64,000 nt of DNA from an uncultured Solirubrobacterales bacterium (GTDB taxonomy: Bacteria; Actinomycetota; Thermoleophilia; Solirubrobacterales; Solirubrobacteraceae). Below are positions 20,557 through 28,420 of this stretch, one piece after another; the stretch's first letter is position 1, and each line of letters begins with the position of its first letter. A program made the translations under genes and the position numbers. Under the pieces are notes generated by a model. That model worked only from the letters and a program-made list of their open reading frames with translations. It had not been told where the DNA came from and did no database searches. The stretch covers positions 124,037 through 188,036 of the forward strand of contig CAVTRE010000005.1 of assembly GCA_963737055.1 (NCBI GenBank), in the 5' to 3' direction.

Positions 20557-21435
20557 CTAGTTGACCTCCTGCTGCAGGGCACGGGCCGTGGCGCGTCGCA
20601 GCGCGCGCACGGTGAGGACATTCGCGAGATGGCGCTTGTAGTCGACCGGCCCCCGTCCATCCGCCACCGGAGCGCAGTCTTCGGACGCGATCTCGCCCGC
20701 CTGCGCGAACAGCTCCTCCGAGGGTGGCTTGCCCTTCAGCGCCTCCTCGGCACGGGTCGCGATGATCGTGGTCGGCCCGAGCGCACCGAGGGCGATGCCG
20801 GCGTCGGCGATCGTGCCGCCTTCGATCCACACTGCCGCTGACACGGCCGCGATCGCGAAGTCGCCGGCGCGTCGCTCGACCTTCTCGTGCGCGCTCCCGG
20901 CGCCGGCCCTGATCGGGATCCGAACCTCGGTCACCATCTCGTCCGCCCCGACGGCGGTCGTGAACGGACCGATGTAGAACCCATCCATGCCCGTGACCCG
21001 CTCTCCGGACGGTCCTCGGATCACCACCTGCGCCTTCAGCGCGGCGCACACCGCCGACAGGTCCTCGGCCGCGTCAGCCTGGCAGAGCGATCCGCCGATC
21101 GTTCCCCGGTTGCGAACGACCGGGTCGGCGATGACCTCCTCGGCCTCGCGGAACACCGGCGCGCGGCGTGCGAGGAGGCCGGACTCGAGCAGCTCGCAAT
21201 GTCGCGTGAGCGCCCCGATCCGGATCTCGGTGATGCGCTCGTCGATGTAGGACAACTCGTCGAGGTCGTTGATGTCGATCAGGAACTCCGGGTTCGCGAG
21301 CCGCAGCTTCATCATCGGCAGCAGGCTATGGCCGCCGGCGATCAGCCGTGCCTCGGGACCGATTCTCTGGAGCGTCGCGATCGCGCCTTCGACGCTGGTC
21401 GCGCGCTCGTACTCAAACGGAGCGGGGGTCTGCAC
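20557..21435 (-). CDS. coxM: CO dehydrogenase medium subunit, FAD-binding
   Basis: FAD-binding PCMH-type domain (AGGHSLLP, GTIGGS), 292 aa, GTG start preceded by AAGGAG. Confidence 0.9.
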   Translation of the reverse strand: MQTPAPFEYERATSVEGAIATLQRIGPEARLIAGGHSLLPMMKLRLANPEFLIDINDLDELSYIDERITEIRIGALTRHCELLESGLLARRAPVFREAEEVIADPVVRNRGTIGGSLCQADAAEDLSAVCAALKAQVVIRGPSGERVTGMDGFYIGPFTTAVGADEMVTEVRIPIRAGAGSAHEKVERRAGDFAIAAVSAAVWIEGGTIADAGIALGALGPTTIIATRAEEALKGKPPSEELFAQAGEIASEDCAPVADGRGPVDYKRHLANVLTVRALRRATARALQQEVN

Positions 21436-21444
21436 CGGATCTCC

Positions 21445-22140
21445 TTATCGGTCGTCGTTCTTGAGTCGGCGCAGGAACGCCAGGCCGGACTTGACCACGC
21501 CGCCCTCGGTTTCCTCGGGCTGCGACGTCGGGCCCGCACCCACGGTCACCGGCATCCGCTTTCGCACCCCGGGCGAGTCGCTCGGCTCGTACTGGACCGG
21601 TGAGTCGGTGCCGATGATCGGTGAGCGCGGCATCGAATTCGGGCGCGTCTGCCTGATCTCGGGATACAGGGAGCGAGCGGCGAGGCTGCCGTACGTTGGG
21701 TTGCGCAGCGCCGGCCCGTTCGGGCTCGCGGCCGCGATCGGGGCCTCCCGGCCGAGCCGGGCCAGCGTGAGCGTCCCTTTCGTGTACACCTCGCCGATCC
21801 GCGGGGCCGTCGTCTCCTTGCTCTCGGGGAAGTTCCGGAAGCCCTCACCGGCCGCGCCCGTATAGAGCCCCTCGACCAGCCCGACCGCGTCCTCCATGCC
21901 CGCCTTCTTCACGAGCAGGCCCTCGAGCAGGTCGACGCCCGCGTCGAGGTTCGTATTGATCGAGGTCACGACGTCGTCCACTGGAGCGCTTTTCTCGATG
22001 ATCCCGACCACTCCGGTGATCGCCTTGTCGAGGTTGTCTCTGATCCTGATAAGCGCCACGATCGTCATCATCAGGTAGTAGACGACCGCGAGGATGATCA
22101 GCGCCACCGCGACGATCATGACTATTCCAGCTGCTGGCAT
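21445..22140 (-). CDS. single-pass membrane protein with a long disordered tail (array member 5)
   Basis: N-terminal TM helix plus a helical segment like the four upstream genes. GGAGG lies upstream of the ATG. The gene ends 9 nt before coxM. Confidence 0.7.
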   Translation of the reverse strand: MPAAGIVMIVAVALIILAVVYYLMMTIVALIRIRDNLDKAITGVVGIIEKSAPVDDVVTSINTNLDAGVDLLEGLLVKKAGMEDAVGLVEGLYTGAAGEGFRNFPESKETTAPRIGEVYTKGTLTLARLGREAPIAAASPNGPALRNPTYGSLAARSLYPEIRQTRPNSMPRSPIIGTDSPVQYEPSDSPGVRKRMPVTVGAGPTSQPEETEGGVVKSGLAFLRRLKNDDR

Positions 22141-22149
22141 TCCTGCCTC

Positions 22150-22410
22150 CTATCGGGCGTCGTCGAGGATCACGTCGAGCGAGCCGCCGTAATCTGCGGC
22201 CACCTCGATGGTCTTCTGTACCTGATCCTGCGTGGTGAGCAGGAGCGCGGTCGCGTCGAGGTCCTTAGACCCGGCGGTAGCGGCCGTCGCGATCTGCTCG
22301 ACGCTCGGCACGATGCCGTTCGCCGCGTTCAGGACGCCGCGCAGCAGGTACACGACGACCGGGAGCACGACGAGGATCAGGATCGCGTCGCCGATCCATT
22401 CGAGGGTCAT
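22150..22410 (-). CDS. small single-pass membrane protein (array member 4, 86 aa)
   Basis: The ATG overlaps the upstream stop (ATGA). TM helix ILILVVLPVVVYLL is followed by an Ala/Thr-rich helix. Confidence 0.65.
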   Translation of the reverse strand: MTLEWIGDAILILVVLPVVVYLLRGVLNAANGIVPSVEQIATAATAGSKDLDATALLLTTQDQVQKTIEVAADYGGSLDVILDDAR

Positions 22411-22676
22411 TTCGGCCTCCTGTCGGCGACGATCTTGGCCTTGCGCGCGATTCCCGGGAAAGCGCCCAGGATCACGTCGAACTGGCCGTTGATCGCCTTG
22501 ACCGCGGGCTCGAGCGGCTGCAGGTGCTCGGCCTCCACCATGTTCAGAGCGCCGGCGAGCGTCGCGAGGTCTGCTGAAGTCGCCTCGAGGTCCTGACGGA
22601 CCTTGATCAGCGCCGCGGCGACCGCCGCGATGATGATCACCGCGAGCACAACGCTGAGGATGATGAGCGTCGTCAT
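22407..22676 (-). CDS. small single-pass membrane protein (array member 3, 89 aa)
   Basis: ATGA overlap at both ends. An N-terminal TM helix is followed by a helical segment. Confidence 0.65.
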   Translation of the reverse strand: MTTLIILSVVLAVIIIAAVAAALIKVRQDLEATSADLATLAGALNMVEAEHLQPLEPAVKAINGQFDVILGAFPGIARKAKIVADRRPK

Positions 22677-22975
22677 CGGTCACCTGCCCCGTTGCCGAAT
22701 CCGTCGGTGAGGGCGTTCATGTACCCGTCCTGGATCACGGCCTCCTCCACGATCAGTCCCAGCACGGGCGCCGTCGCCTCGAGCTGGGGGATGTTCTGAG
22801 TGTTGCCGGCGACCGCGCCGGCCACCTCGAGCAGGGCTCCGGCGGATTTCCGGATGTCGCCGACGGTCCTGACGAGCACGAGCAGCAAGCCGGCAACCGC
22901 GAGCGCCACGACCAGGCCGATCACCAGCGAGATTGTCCAGACGTCGTGATTGGTTAGGGCAGCGGGCGCAATCAT
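22673..22975 (-). CDS. small single-pass membrane protein (array member 2, 100 aa)
   Basis: ATG at 22975 overlaps the upstream stop (ATGA). TM helix ISLVIGLVVALAVAGLLLVLV. Confidence 0.65.
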   Translation of the reverse strand: MIAPAALTNHDVWTISLVIGLVVALAVAGLLLVLVRTVGDIRKSAGALLEVAGAVAGNTQNIPQLEATAPVLGLIVEEAVIQDGYMNALTDGFGNGAGDR

Positions 22976-23232
22976 TTGCCCACCGCCACTTTGCGAAGCG
23001 CCCGCGCCGAGTGCAGGATCCTGACCCCGGAGTCGTTGATGCGGCTGATCCCCGCGAGTCCTTCGGTCTGGGCGCGGACCTTCTCCACGCCCTCGACGGC
23101 GGTCCGCGCCTGCGCCGCGATCCTCCGGGCCAGCATCACGATCGTGATCACGATCGCCGCGGCTACCACGGCGACGATGACGCCGAGCACTAGCCCGATG
23201 ACCCAACCGGTGGAAGCACCGATCAAGATCAA
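22972..23232 (-). CDS. small single-pass membrane protein (array member 1, 86 aa)
   Basis: TTG start 6 nt after GGAGG. A TM helix is followed by a DUF948-like helical segment. Confidence 0.65.
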   Translation of the reverse strand: MILIGASTGWVIGLVLGVIVAVVAAAIVITIVMLARRIAAQARTAVEGVEKVRAQTEGLAGISRINDSGVRILHSARALRKVAVGK

Positions 23233-23310
23233 GTCACACCTCCTGTGTCGTTCTCCCTCGTCTTCTCGATAGAGGACGCCGGACCCGCAACCGATCTTCC
23301 TCCGAGTAGA

Positions 23311-23339
23311 ACTGTGCCGCGCAATCGTTTGCGCGTCAA
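23311..23339 (-). promoter_or_regulatory. candidate sigma-70-type promoter with an operator-like palindrome for the membrane-array/cox operon
   Basis: On the minus strand: TTGACG, a 17-nt spacer, then CACAGT. The spacer contains CGCGCAA-acga-TTGCGCG. This is the only AT-relaxed gap upstream of gene 22972-23232. Confidence 0.35.
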
Positions 23340-23355
23340 CCTTAAGTAACGGGGA

Positions 23356-23970
23356 TCACTGCCGGTTTTCTTGCAGAGCCTGCGGCGCGGAAAGTAGTGC
23401 GTTGTAGTCGCCGTCGGTGTCGACGTCGCGGGGGATCGGGCCGGCGATCGGCACGTCGACGACCTCGTCGGCGTGGCGATCGAGCAGCTTCCACACACCC
23501 TTGTCGCCGTGCAGCGCCGCCAGGTCGCCGAACGTGGACCGGGCGAACGCGAGCGGGTGGCCGCGTCCGTCGTCGTATGCGCACGCCGCGAGCGGGGCGT
23601 CGCCGCGGTTGACGATCAGGGCCTGCACCGCCGCTGCGGTCACTCCGGGCTGGTCGCCGAGCATCAGCACGAGCACGCCGGCGCTCGGATCGACCGCTTG
23701 GAGGGCGGCCGCGATCGACGACGAGCAGCCCTCGCCGAACTGGTCGTTCACGACCACTGTTGCACCGGTCAGGTCGACTCGGCTCAGGATCTCGTTGGCG
23801 CTACCGCCGAGCACACACAGCAGCTGATCGAACGGACAGGCGCGCGCGATGTCGAGCACGCGGTCAAGCAGGGTGGCACCGCGGTAGGGGAGCAGTTGCT
23901 TCGGGGTACCGAGGCGCTTCGAGCCACCGGCCGCGAGTACCAGGCCGGTGACGAAGGGCCGCGCGTTCAC
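23356..23970 (-). CDS. mocA: molybdenum cofactor cytidylyltransferase (MocA-like nucleotidyltransferase)
   Basis: LAAGGSKRLG...PKQLL and MLGDQP motifs, adjacent to an MCD-dependent CODH operon. Confidence 0.8.
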   Translation of the reverse strand: MNARPFVTGLVLAAGGSKRLGTPKQLLPYRGATLLDRVLDIARACPFDQLLCVLGGSANEILSRVDLTGATVVVNDQFGEGCSSSIAAALQAVDPSAGVLVLMLGDQPGVTAAAVQALIVNRGDAPLAACAYDDGRGHPLAFARSTFGDLAALHGDKGVWKLLDRHADEVVDVPIAGPIPRDVDTDGDYNALLSAPQALQENRQ

Positions 23971-23977
23971 ACGGTGA

Positions 23978-26299
23978 TTATGCGGCGCGGCGCTGCTGCG
24001 CGACCAGCGGAATCGGCCAGCGCGCCAGTTCGAGCTCGTTGGCCGGTTTGGGCTTGGAGATCACGTAGCCCTGGACGAGGTCGCAGCGCAGCCCGGTGAG
24101 CAGGCTGAGGCAGTGGTTGTCCTCGACCCCCTCGGCGACGACCCGCAGCCCGAGCGCGTGGGCGAGCTCGACGGTCGCGCGCACGAGCGCGAGGTCTCGG
24201 CCTTCCTTGGACTCGGCCAGCCGGATGATGAAGCTGCGGTCGAGCTTGAGCTCCTTGACCGCGAGGCTGCCGAGGTACGCCAGCGACGTGAAGCCGGCGC
24301 CAAAATCGTCCACGGACACAACCAATCCCAGGTCATGGAGCTTCTGGATGGCGTGCTGCGAGCGCTCGAAGTCAGCGATCGCGGTCGTCTCGGTCATCTC
24401 GAGGACGAGCATCTCCGGTCCGAGCCCATAGCCTGCGAGCAAACCGGCAACGAGATCGGGGAAGTCCGGGTTCAGGAGATCCGAGGCGGAGATGTTGACC
24501 GACACGGTCAGCTCTTTGCCGGCGGCTCGCCAGGTGGCGCATTGGAACAGGGCCTCGTCGAGCACGACCGTGGTCAGCGCGCCCATCAGGCCGGCGTCCT
24601 CGGCCAGTGCGATGAACTCGAGCGGCGGGACGGAGCCCAAACGCGGGTGGATCCATCTGACCAGCGCCTCGACCGAGTTGATCTCGCCGGTGGAGAGGTC
24701 GACCTGCGGCTGATAGTGAAGCTCGAGCTGGCGGCCATCGATCGCCTCCTGAAGCTCCTCGACCAGCTGCACCCGGTTGGCTGCGCCATCGAGGTCCTCC
24801 TGGTAGATGGCGAACGGCTTGCCCTCGAGCTTGGCGCGGTACATCGCGAGGTCGGCGCAGCGGATAAGGTCGTCCGCGTCGGTGGCGTCGCCGGGCATGA
24901 CCGCGATGCCGATGCTGGCCCCGATCTGCACGCGCACGGCGTCGAGTGCGAATGGCTCCTCGATCCGGGCGGTCAGACGCGCGCCGACCGTCGCCGCGTA
25001 GTCCGCGCCGGCGTCGAGCAGCGCGACGACGAATTCGTCGCCCCCGAGCCTGACCACCAGGTCGGAGCTCCGGAGCGATTCCTCGAGCCGGGTGCCGAGC
25101 TGGCGGAGGAGCTCGTCGCCCGTCGGATGGCCGAACGTGTCGTTGACCTCCTTGAACTTGTCGAGGTCAACGAACATGAACGCTAGGCTGCGTTCCGGTG
25201 CGTCCGGGTCGCGCTGCTCGGCGGTGAACTCCTCCATGAGCTGGAACAGAGCCCGGCGGTTGCCGAGTCCGGTCAGCTGGTCGGTGATCGACTCGCGCCG
25301 GCGCTGCTCGGTGATCGAGCGCAGGCCGATGAGCGACAGGGCCGACCGACCGCCGGCGACGAGCAGCGTCGCCACGGCCAGCCCGAGCGACAAGCGGCCG
25401 ACGTGGTGCAGCGAGCCGACGAACAGGATCACGAGGGCCGCGGTCGCCGCCACGGCGGGCAGTGTGAACCCGTGTGGCTCTTCGGAGAGCAGAGGCTTGT
25501 CGTTAGGCGACCTCACCCAGACCGCGATCGACACGAGCAGGATCGCCACGGGCCAGGCGATGTCGTTGAGCACGGTGCCGACCAGCGAGGTCGTGCCGAG
25601 CACGTTGAACACGTCGCCCACCGTGTTGAGGGCATAGCCGGCGGCGAGCAGGAGCCAGGGGATCTTCCGCTTGCCGGGCACGATCGCGGCGCCGCCGACG
25701 ACGAGCCCGAGCAGGAGGACGTCGCCGACCGGGTACACGAGGTTCACCGCGACGCCCGCGCTGCTCCCGCCGGCGTGGTGAAGCACCTTGTCGAACGCAA
25801 ACGTGGCGCACACTGCCGCTGCGCCGAAGCCGGCGACCGCGCCGTCGAGCCAGCCGGCGAGGCTGAACCGCCGGACGTTGCCGCGCAGGAGCAGCATCAG
25901 GGCCGCGTATGTGATGGGATAGAACGCGATGTAGAAGATGTCGGCGAGCGAAGGCGACGGGGGCGTCGCCCCGCCGAGCGACTGGATCGTGAGGGTGAGA
26001 TCACCCACAGCCCAGCACACCAGGCCGATCCCGAGCAGGATCGGGACGGCGCGGCCGCGCCTGAGGTAGGCGGCCTTGAGAACGCACAGCGCGCCGGCGA
26101 CGATCTCGAACGCGACCACGCCCCAGCCGTCCAGCCAGGTGGCGTCGTAGCCGAGCGAGTCAACCACGACGTAGCCGACCACGAGCGCAGCGAGCACCAC
26201 GTACACGGCGCGGATGACCGGATGCGCCCGGTCGACCTCGCGGCGATGCGGGTGGAAGGCAGCACGAACCGCGGCGCCTGTGCTGTCGCCGGTGCTCAC
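23978..26299 (-). CDS. multi-pass membrane sensor with GGDEF and EAL domains
   Basis: About 9-10 N-terminal TM helices. RSSD I-site plus GGDEF, which I checked at 25031-25045. EAL motifs EALVRW, DDFGAG, EGVE and QGY. Confidence 0.9.
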   Translation of the reverse strand: MSTGDSTGAAVRAAFHPHRREVDRAHPVIRAVYVVLAALVVGYVVVDSLGYDATWLDGWGVVAFEIVAGALCVLKAAYLRRGRAVPILLGIGLVCWAVGDLTLTIQSLGGATPPSPSLADIFYIAFYPITYAALMLLLRGNVRRFSLAGWLDGAVAGFGAAAVCATFAFDKVLHHAGGSSAGVAVNLVYPVGDVLLLGLVVGGAAIVPGKRKIPWLLLAAGYALNTVGDVFNVLGTTSLVGTVLNDIAWPVAILLVSIAVWVRSPNDKPLLSEEPHGFTLPAVAATAALVILFVGSLHHVGRLSLGLAVATLLVAGGRSALSLIGLRSITEQRRRESITDQLTGLGNRRALFQLMEEFTAEQRDPDAPERSLAFMFVDLDKFKEVNDTFGHPTGDELLRQLGTRLEESLRSSDLVVRLGGDEFVVALLDAGADYAATVGARLTARIEEPFALDAVRVQIGASIGIAVMPGDATDADDLIRCADLAMYRAKLEGKPFAIYQEDLDGAANRVQLVEELQEAIDGRQLELHYQPQVDLSTGEINSVEALVRWIHPRLGSVPPLEFIALAEDAGLMGALTTVVLDEALFQCATWRAAGKELTVSVNISASDLLNPDFPDLVAGLLAGYGLGPEMLVLEMTETTAIADFERSQHAIQKLHDLGLVVSVDDFGAGFTSLAYLGSLAVKELKLDRSFIIRLAESKEGRDLALVRATVELAHALGLRVVAEGVEDNHCLSLLTGLRCDLVQGYVISKPKPANELELARWPIPLVAQQRRAA

Positions 26300-26432
26300 C
26301 CGCGTTTCTCCCGATCAATTGTCATGAGGTCTTCTAACCGTGACTCTCAATCGTTGTTCGGCCGTTCGGCCGGAAACTTGTGCCGATCCGCCGTAGCGGG
26401 ACCAAATGGCCACACGGGGGTGGTGGGGCGAC

Positions 26433-26477
26433 GGTGCGGGCGGCTGCGGTGCGGGCGGCTGTGATGCGGGCGGTCGC
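26433..26477. repeat. 15-bp x3 tandem repeat (GGTGCGGGCGGCTGC-like)
   Basis: Three contiguous copies read directly, 7 nt downstream of the stop of gene 26484-27140. Confidence 0.8.
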
Positions 26478-26483
26478 GGGTGG

Positions 26484-27140
26484 TCAGGCCCGATGAACGG
26501 CTGCCAGCAGCCCCGCGTAAGAGCGGACGAGCGCCGCGCGCTCCTCCTCGACCAGGGGGCTGGCGAGGTCACAGCCCTCGCGCACCCACTGGTCCGAGAA
26601 GCGCATGGCCAGCGCCCGCTGCTCGGCGGCGACCGCCACCTCGGACTCGGGCACGCCGTACACGTACGCGTACAGCGCGCCCAGGGCCGCGATCAGCGGC
26701 CCCTCGGCCGTTCCGCCGCTGCCGTCGTGCTGGTGCTCCCGGTGCACGCGCCACCAACCGACCTCGAGCTCGGCGGCGCGGCGGGAGTCGAACGCGTCCC
26801 CGTGCCGCTCGGAGACGAGCCGGTAGAAGCGCTCCATCGCGCGCCGTGCGCCCTCGGGGTCGTTGTCCGGGTACGGGGCCCAGAGTTGGTTGGCCCGCAG
26901 CACCAGCCAGGCGCCGTGGAGGGTAGATGGCCACGGGAGCCCGAAGGTGTGGCGAGTGAGTGCGACGGCTGAGCGCAGGAACCTCGGCCAGTCCCGCCGG
27001 TAGTAGGTGACCCAGGCGGTCGTCTCGAGAGCGCCGAGAAGACGGGGATCGAATGATCGGTGCGGCTTGACCGCGGATCCGGGTCGGGGCCGTCGGCCGC
27101 GGCGGCGGATGCCGCGGCGGCGGCGCGTGCTGGTTGGCAT
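26484..27140 (-). CDS. hypothetical protein
   Basis: About 218 aa with an Arg-rich N-terminus and a protein-like, Trp-rich helical body. No family recognised. A GTG at 27146 is an alternative start. Confidence 0.6.
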   Translation of the reverse strand: MPTSTRRRRGIRRRGRRPRPGSAVKPHRSFDPRLLGALETTAWVTYYRRDWPRFLRSAVALTRHTFGLPWPSTLHGAWLVLRANQLWAPYPDNDPEGARRAMERFYRLVSERHGDAFDSRRAAELEVGWWRVHREHQHDGSGGTAEGPLIAALGALYAYVYGVPESEVAVAAEQRALAMRFSDQWVREGCDLASPLVEEERAALVRSYAGLLAAVHRA

Positions 27141-27265
27141 GAGCACTGCCGACCGTAACCGATCGCCCGCGAGGTGTGCGGACCTTCACCAAGGGTGGGT
27201 ATTCAGCCCGTGCGCGCGGGTTTACCTTGACCCTCGATGACCGTCCACTCGAGGAGCACCAAGCT

Positions 27266-28141
27266 ATGACTCGCATCACCGACCCAGACTTCCGCCTGCG
27301 GGATCACTACACACCGCCGACCGTCCCGACATTGCCCAGGACGGGACTGATCCTTTCGGCTCTCCACCGACCGCAGCTGAAGCTCGCCGACTACATCCAT
27401 CCTCAGCTCGCGAATCCGCCCGCGGCGATCTCGCGTCCGCACTCCGGCTTTAGCTGGGGGATGCTGGCCAATGACCGCATCGGCGACTGCGTGATCGCGA
27501 TGATGCTCCACTCGATCGAGGACTTCCACCTCGACTCCGGCACCCCGGTGCCGGCGTTCACGGATGCGGACGCGATCAGCGTTTACTCGGCGATCACGGG
27601 CTACAACCCGAAGGATCCGTCGAGCGATCGCGGGACGGACGAGAACGCGGCGATGCGCTACTGGGAGCAACCGGGCCTGAAGACGAGCGACGGCGCGAGC
27701 CACACGATCGTCGCCACCGTCGCGGTCGATCCAGGCAACCTCAACGAGTGCCGCATCGCGATCGACGAGTTCATCGACCTCCAGATCGGGATCGCGCTGC
27801 CGATCAGCGCACAGGGTCAGACCGAGTGGACGGTCGTCGGCGACGGCAAGACCGGCAACTCGGCGCCGGGGTCATGGGGCGGCCATGGCATCCCCTACCG
27901 GGAGTACGACCCCGAGACGTTCAAGTGCGTGACCTGGGGCGCGGAGCTACTGCTCACCGTGCCGTTCCACCAGGACTACGCGCAGGAGGCGCACGTCGTC
28001 GTCACCAAGGAAATGCTCTCGAGGAGCGGCGTCGGACCGTCGGGCGTGGCGTGGGACGAGCTGATCGCCGACATCAAGGCGTTGCCTGCCAATCGGGCGG
28101 CGGGTGATCCTGCGGGGGATCCTCTGACGACGCTTGCGTGA
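27266..28141 (+). CDS. hypothetical protein, possible papain-fold cysteine peptidase
   Basis: ATG at 27266 after GAGGAG. NDRIGDC (candidate catalytic Cys) and WGGHG (candidate His). No signal peptide. Confidence 0.7.
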   Translation: MTRITDPDFRLRDHYTPPTVPTLPRTGLILSALHRPQLKLADYIHPQLANPPAAISRPHSGFSWGMLANDRIGDCVIAMMLHSIEDFHLDSGTPVPAFTDADAISVYSAITGYNPKDPSSDRGTDENAAMRYWEQPGLKTSDGASHTIVATVAVDPGNLNECRIAIDEFIDLQIGIALPISAQGQTEWTVVGDGKTGNSAPGSWGGHGIPYREYDPETFKCVTWGAELLLTVPFHQDYAQEAHVVVTKEMLSRSGVGPSGVAWDELIADIKALPANRAAGDPAGDPLTTLA

Positions 28142-28206
28142 GCGAGGCCAACGCTCTCGCCGAGCGGGAGTGAGCCTGCTGGCGTAGCGCCGTCGGACGA
28201 ATGGCC

Positions 28207-28235
28207 GGGGGGGCGCATGGGCGATGCGCCTCCCC
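28207..28235 (+). terminator. 12-bp stem hairpin downstream of gene 27266-28141
   Basis: GGGGGGGCGCAT-gggcg-ATGCGCCTCCCC (one G-U pair), followed by a modestly T-containing tail. Confidence 0.4.
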
Positions 28236-28420
28236 ATTGCCCGTTAAGGGCCCGCGACCTCAGTCGAGGACCCTAATCGCTGGCCATCGTTCGACATACC
28301 TCATTCGCGCGGGTCCCGCGCGCTCACGAATGTCCTAGGCTGGCCGGGACGGCGCTGTGGGAGCCGTGACCGAGCTGGGCCACGAGCCGAGCTGGACCGT
28401 CCACCAGTTAGGAGCGAGGT

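Noticed and set aside
23978-26299. MHYT gas-sensor domain in the GGDEF-EAL protein (by analogy with CoxC/CoxH)
   Set aside because: I scanned the ~325-aa membrane region and found no M-H-Y-T-type motifs, so the sensor domain is something else.
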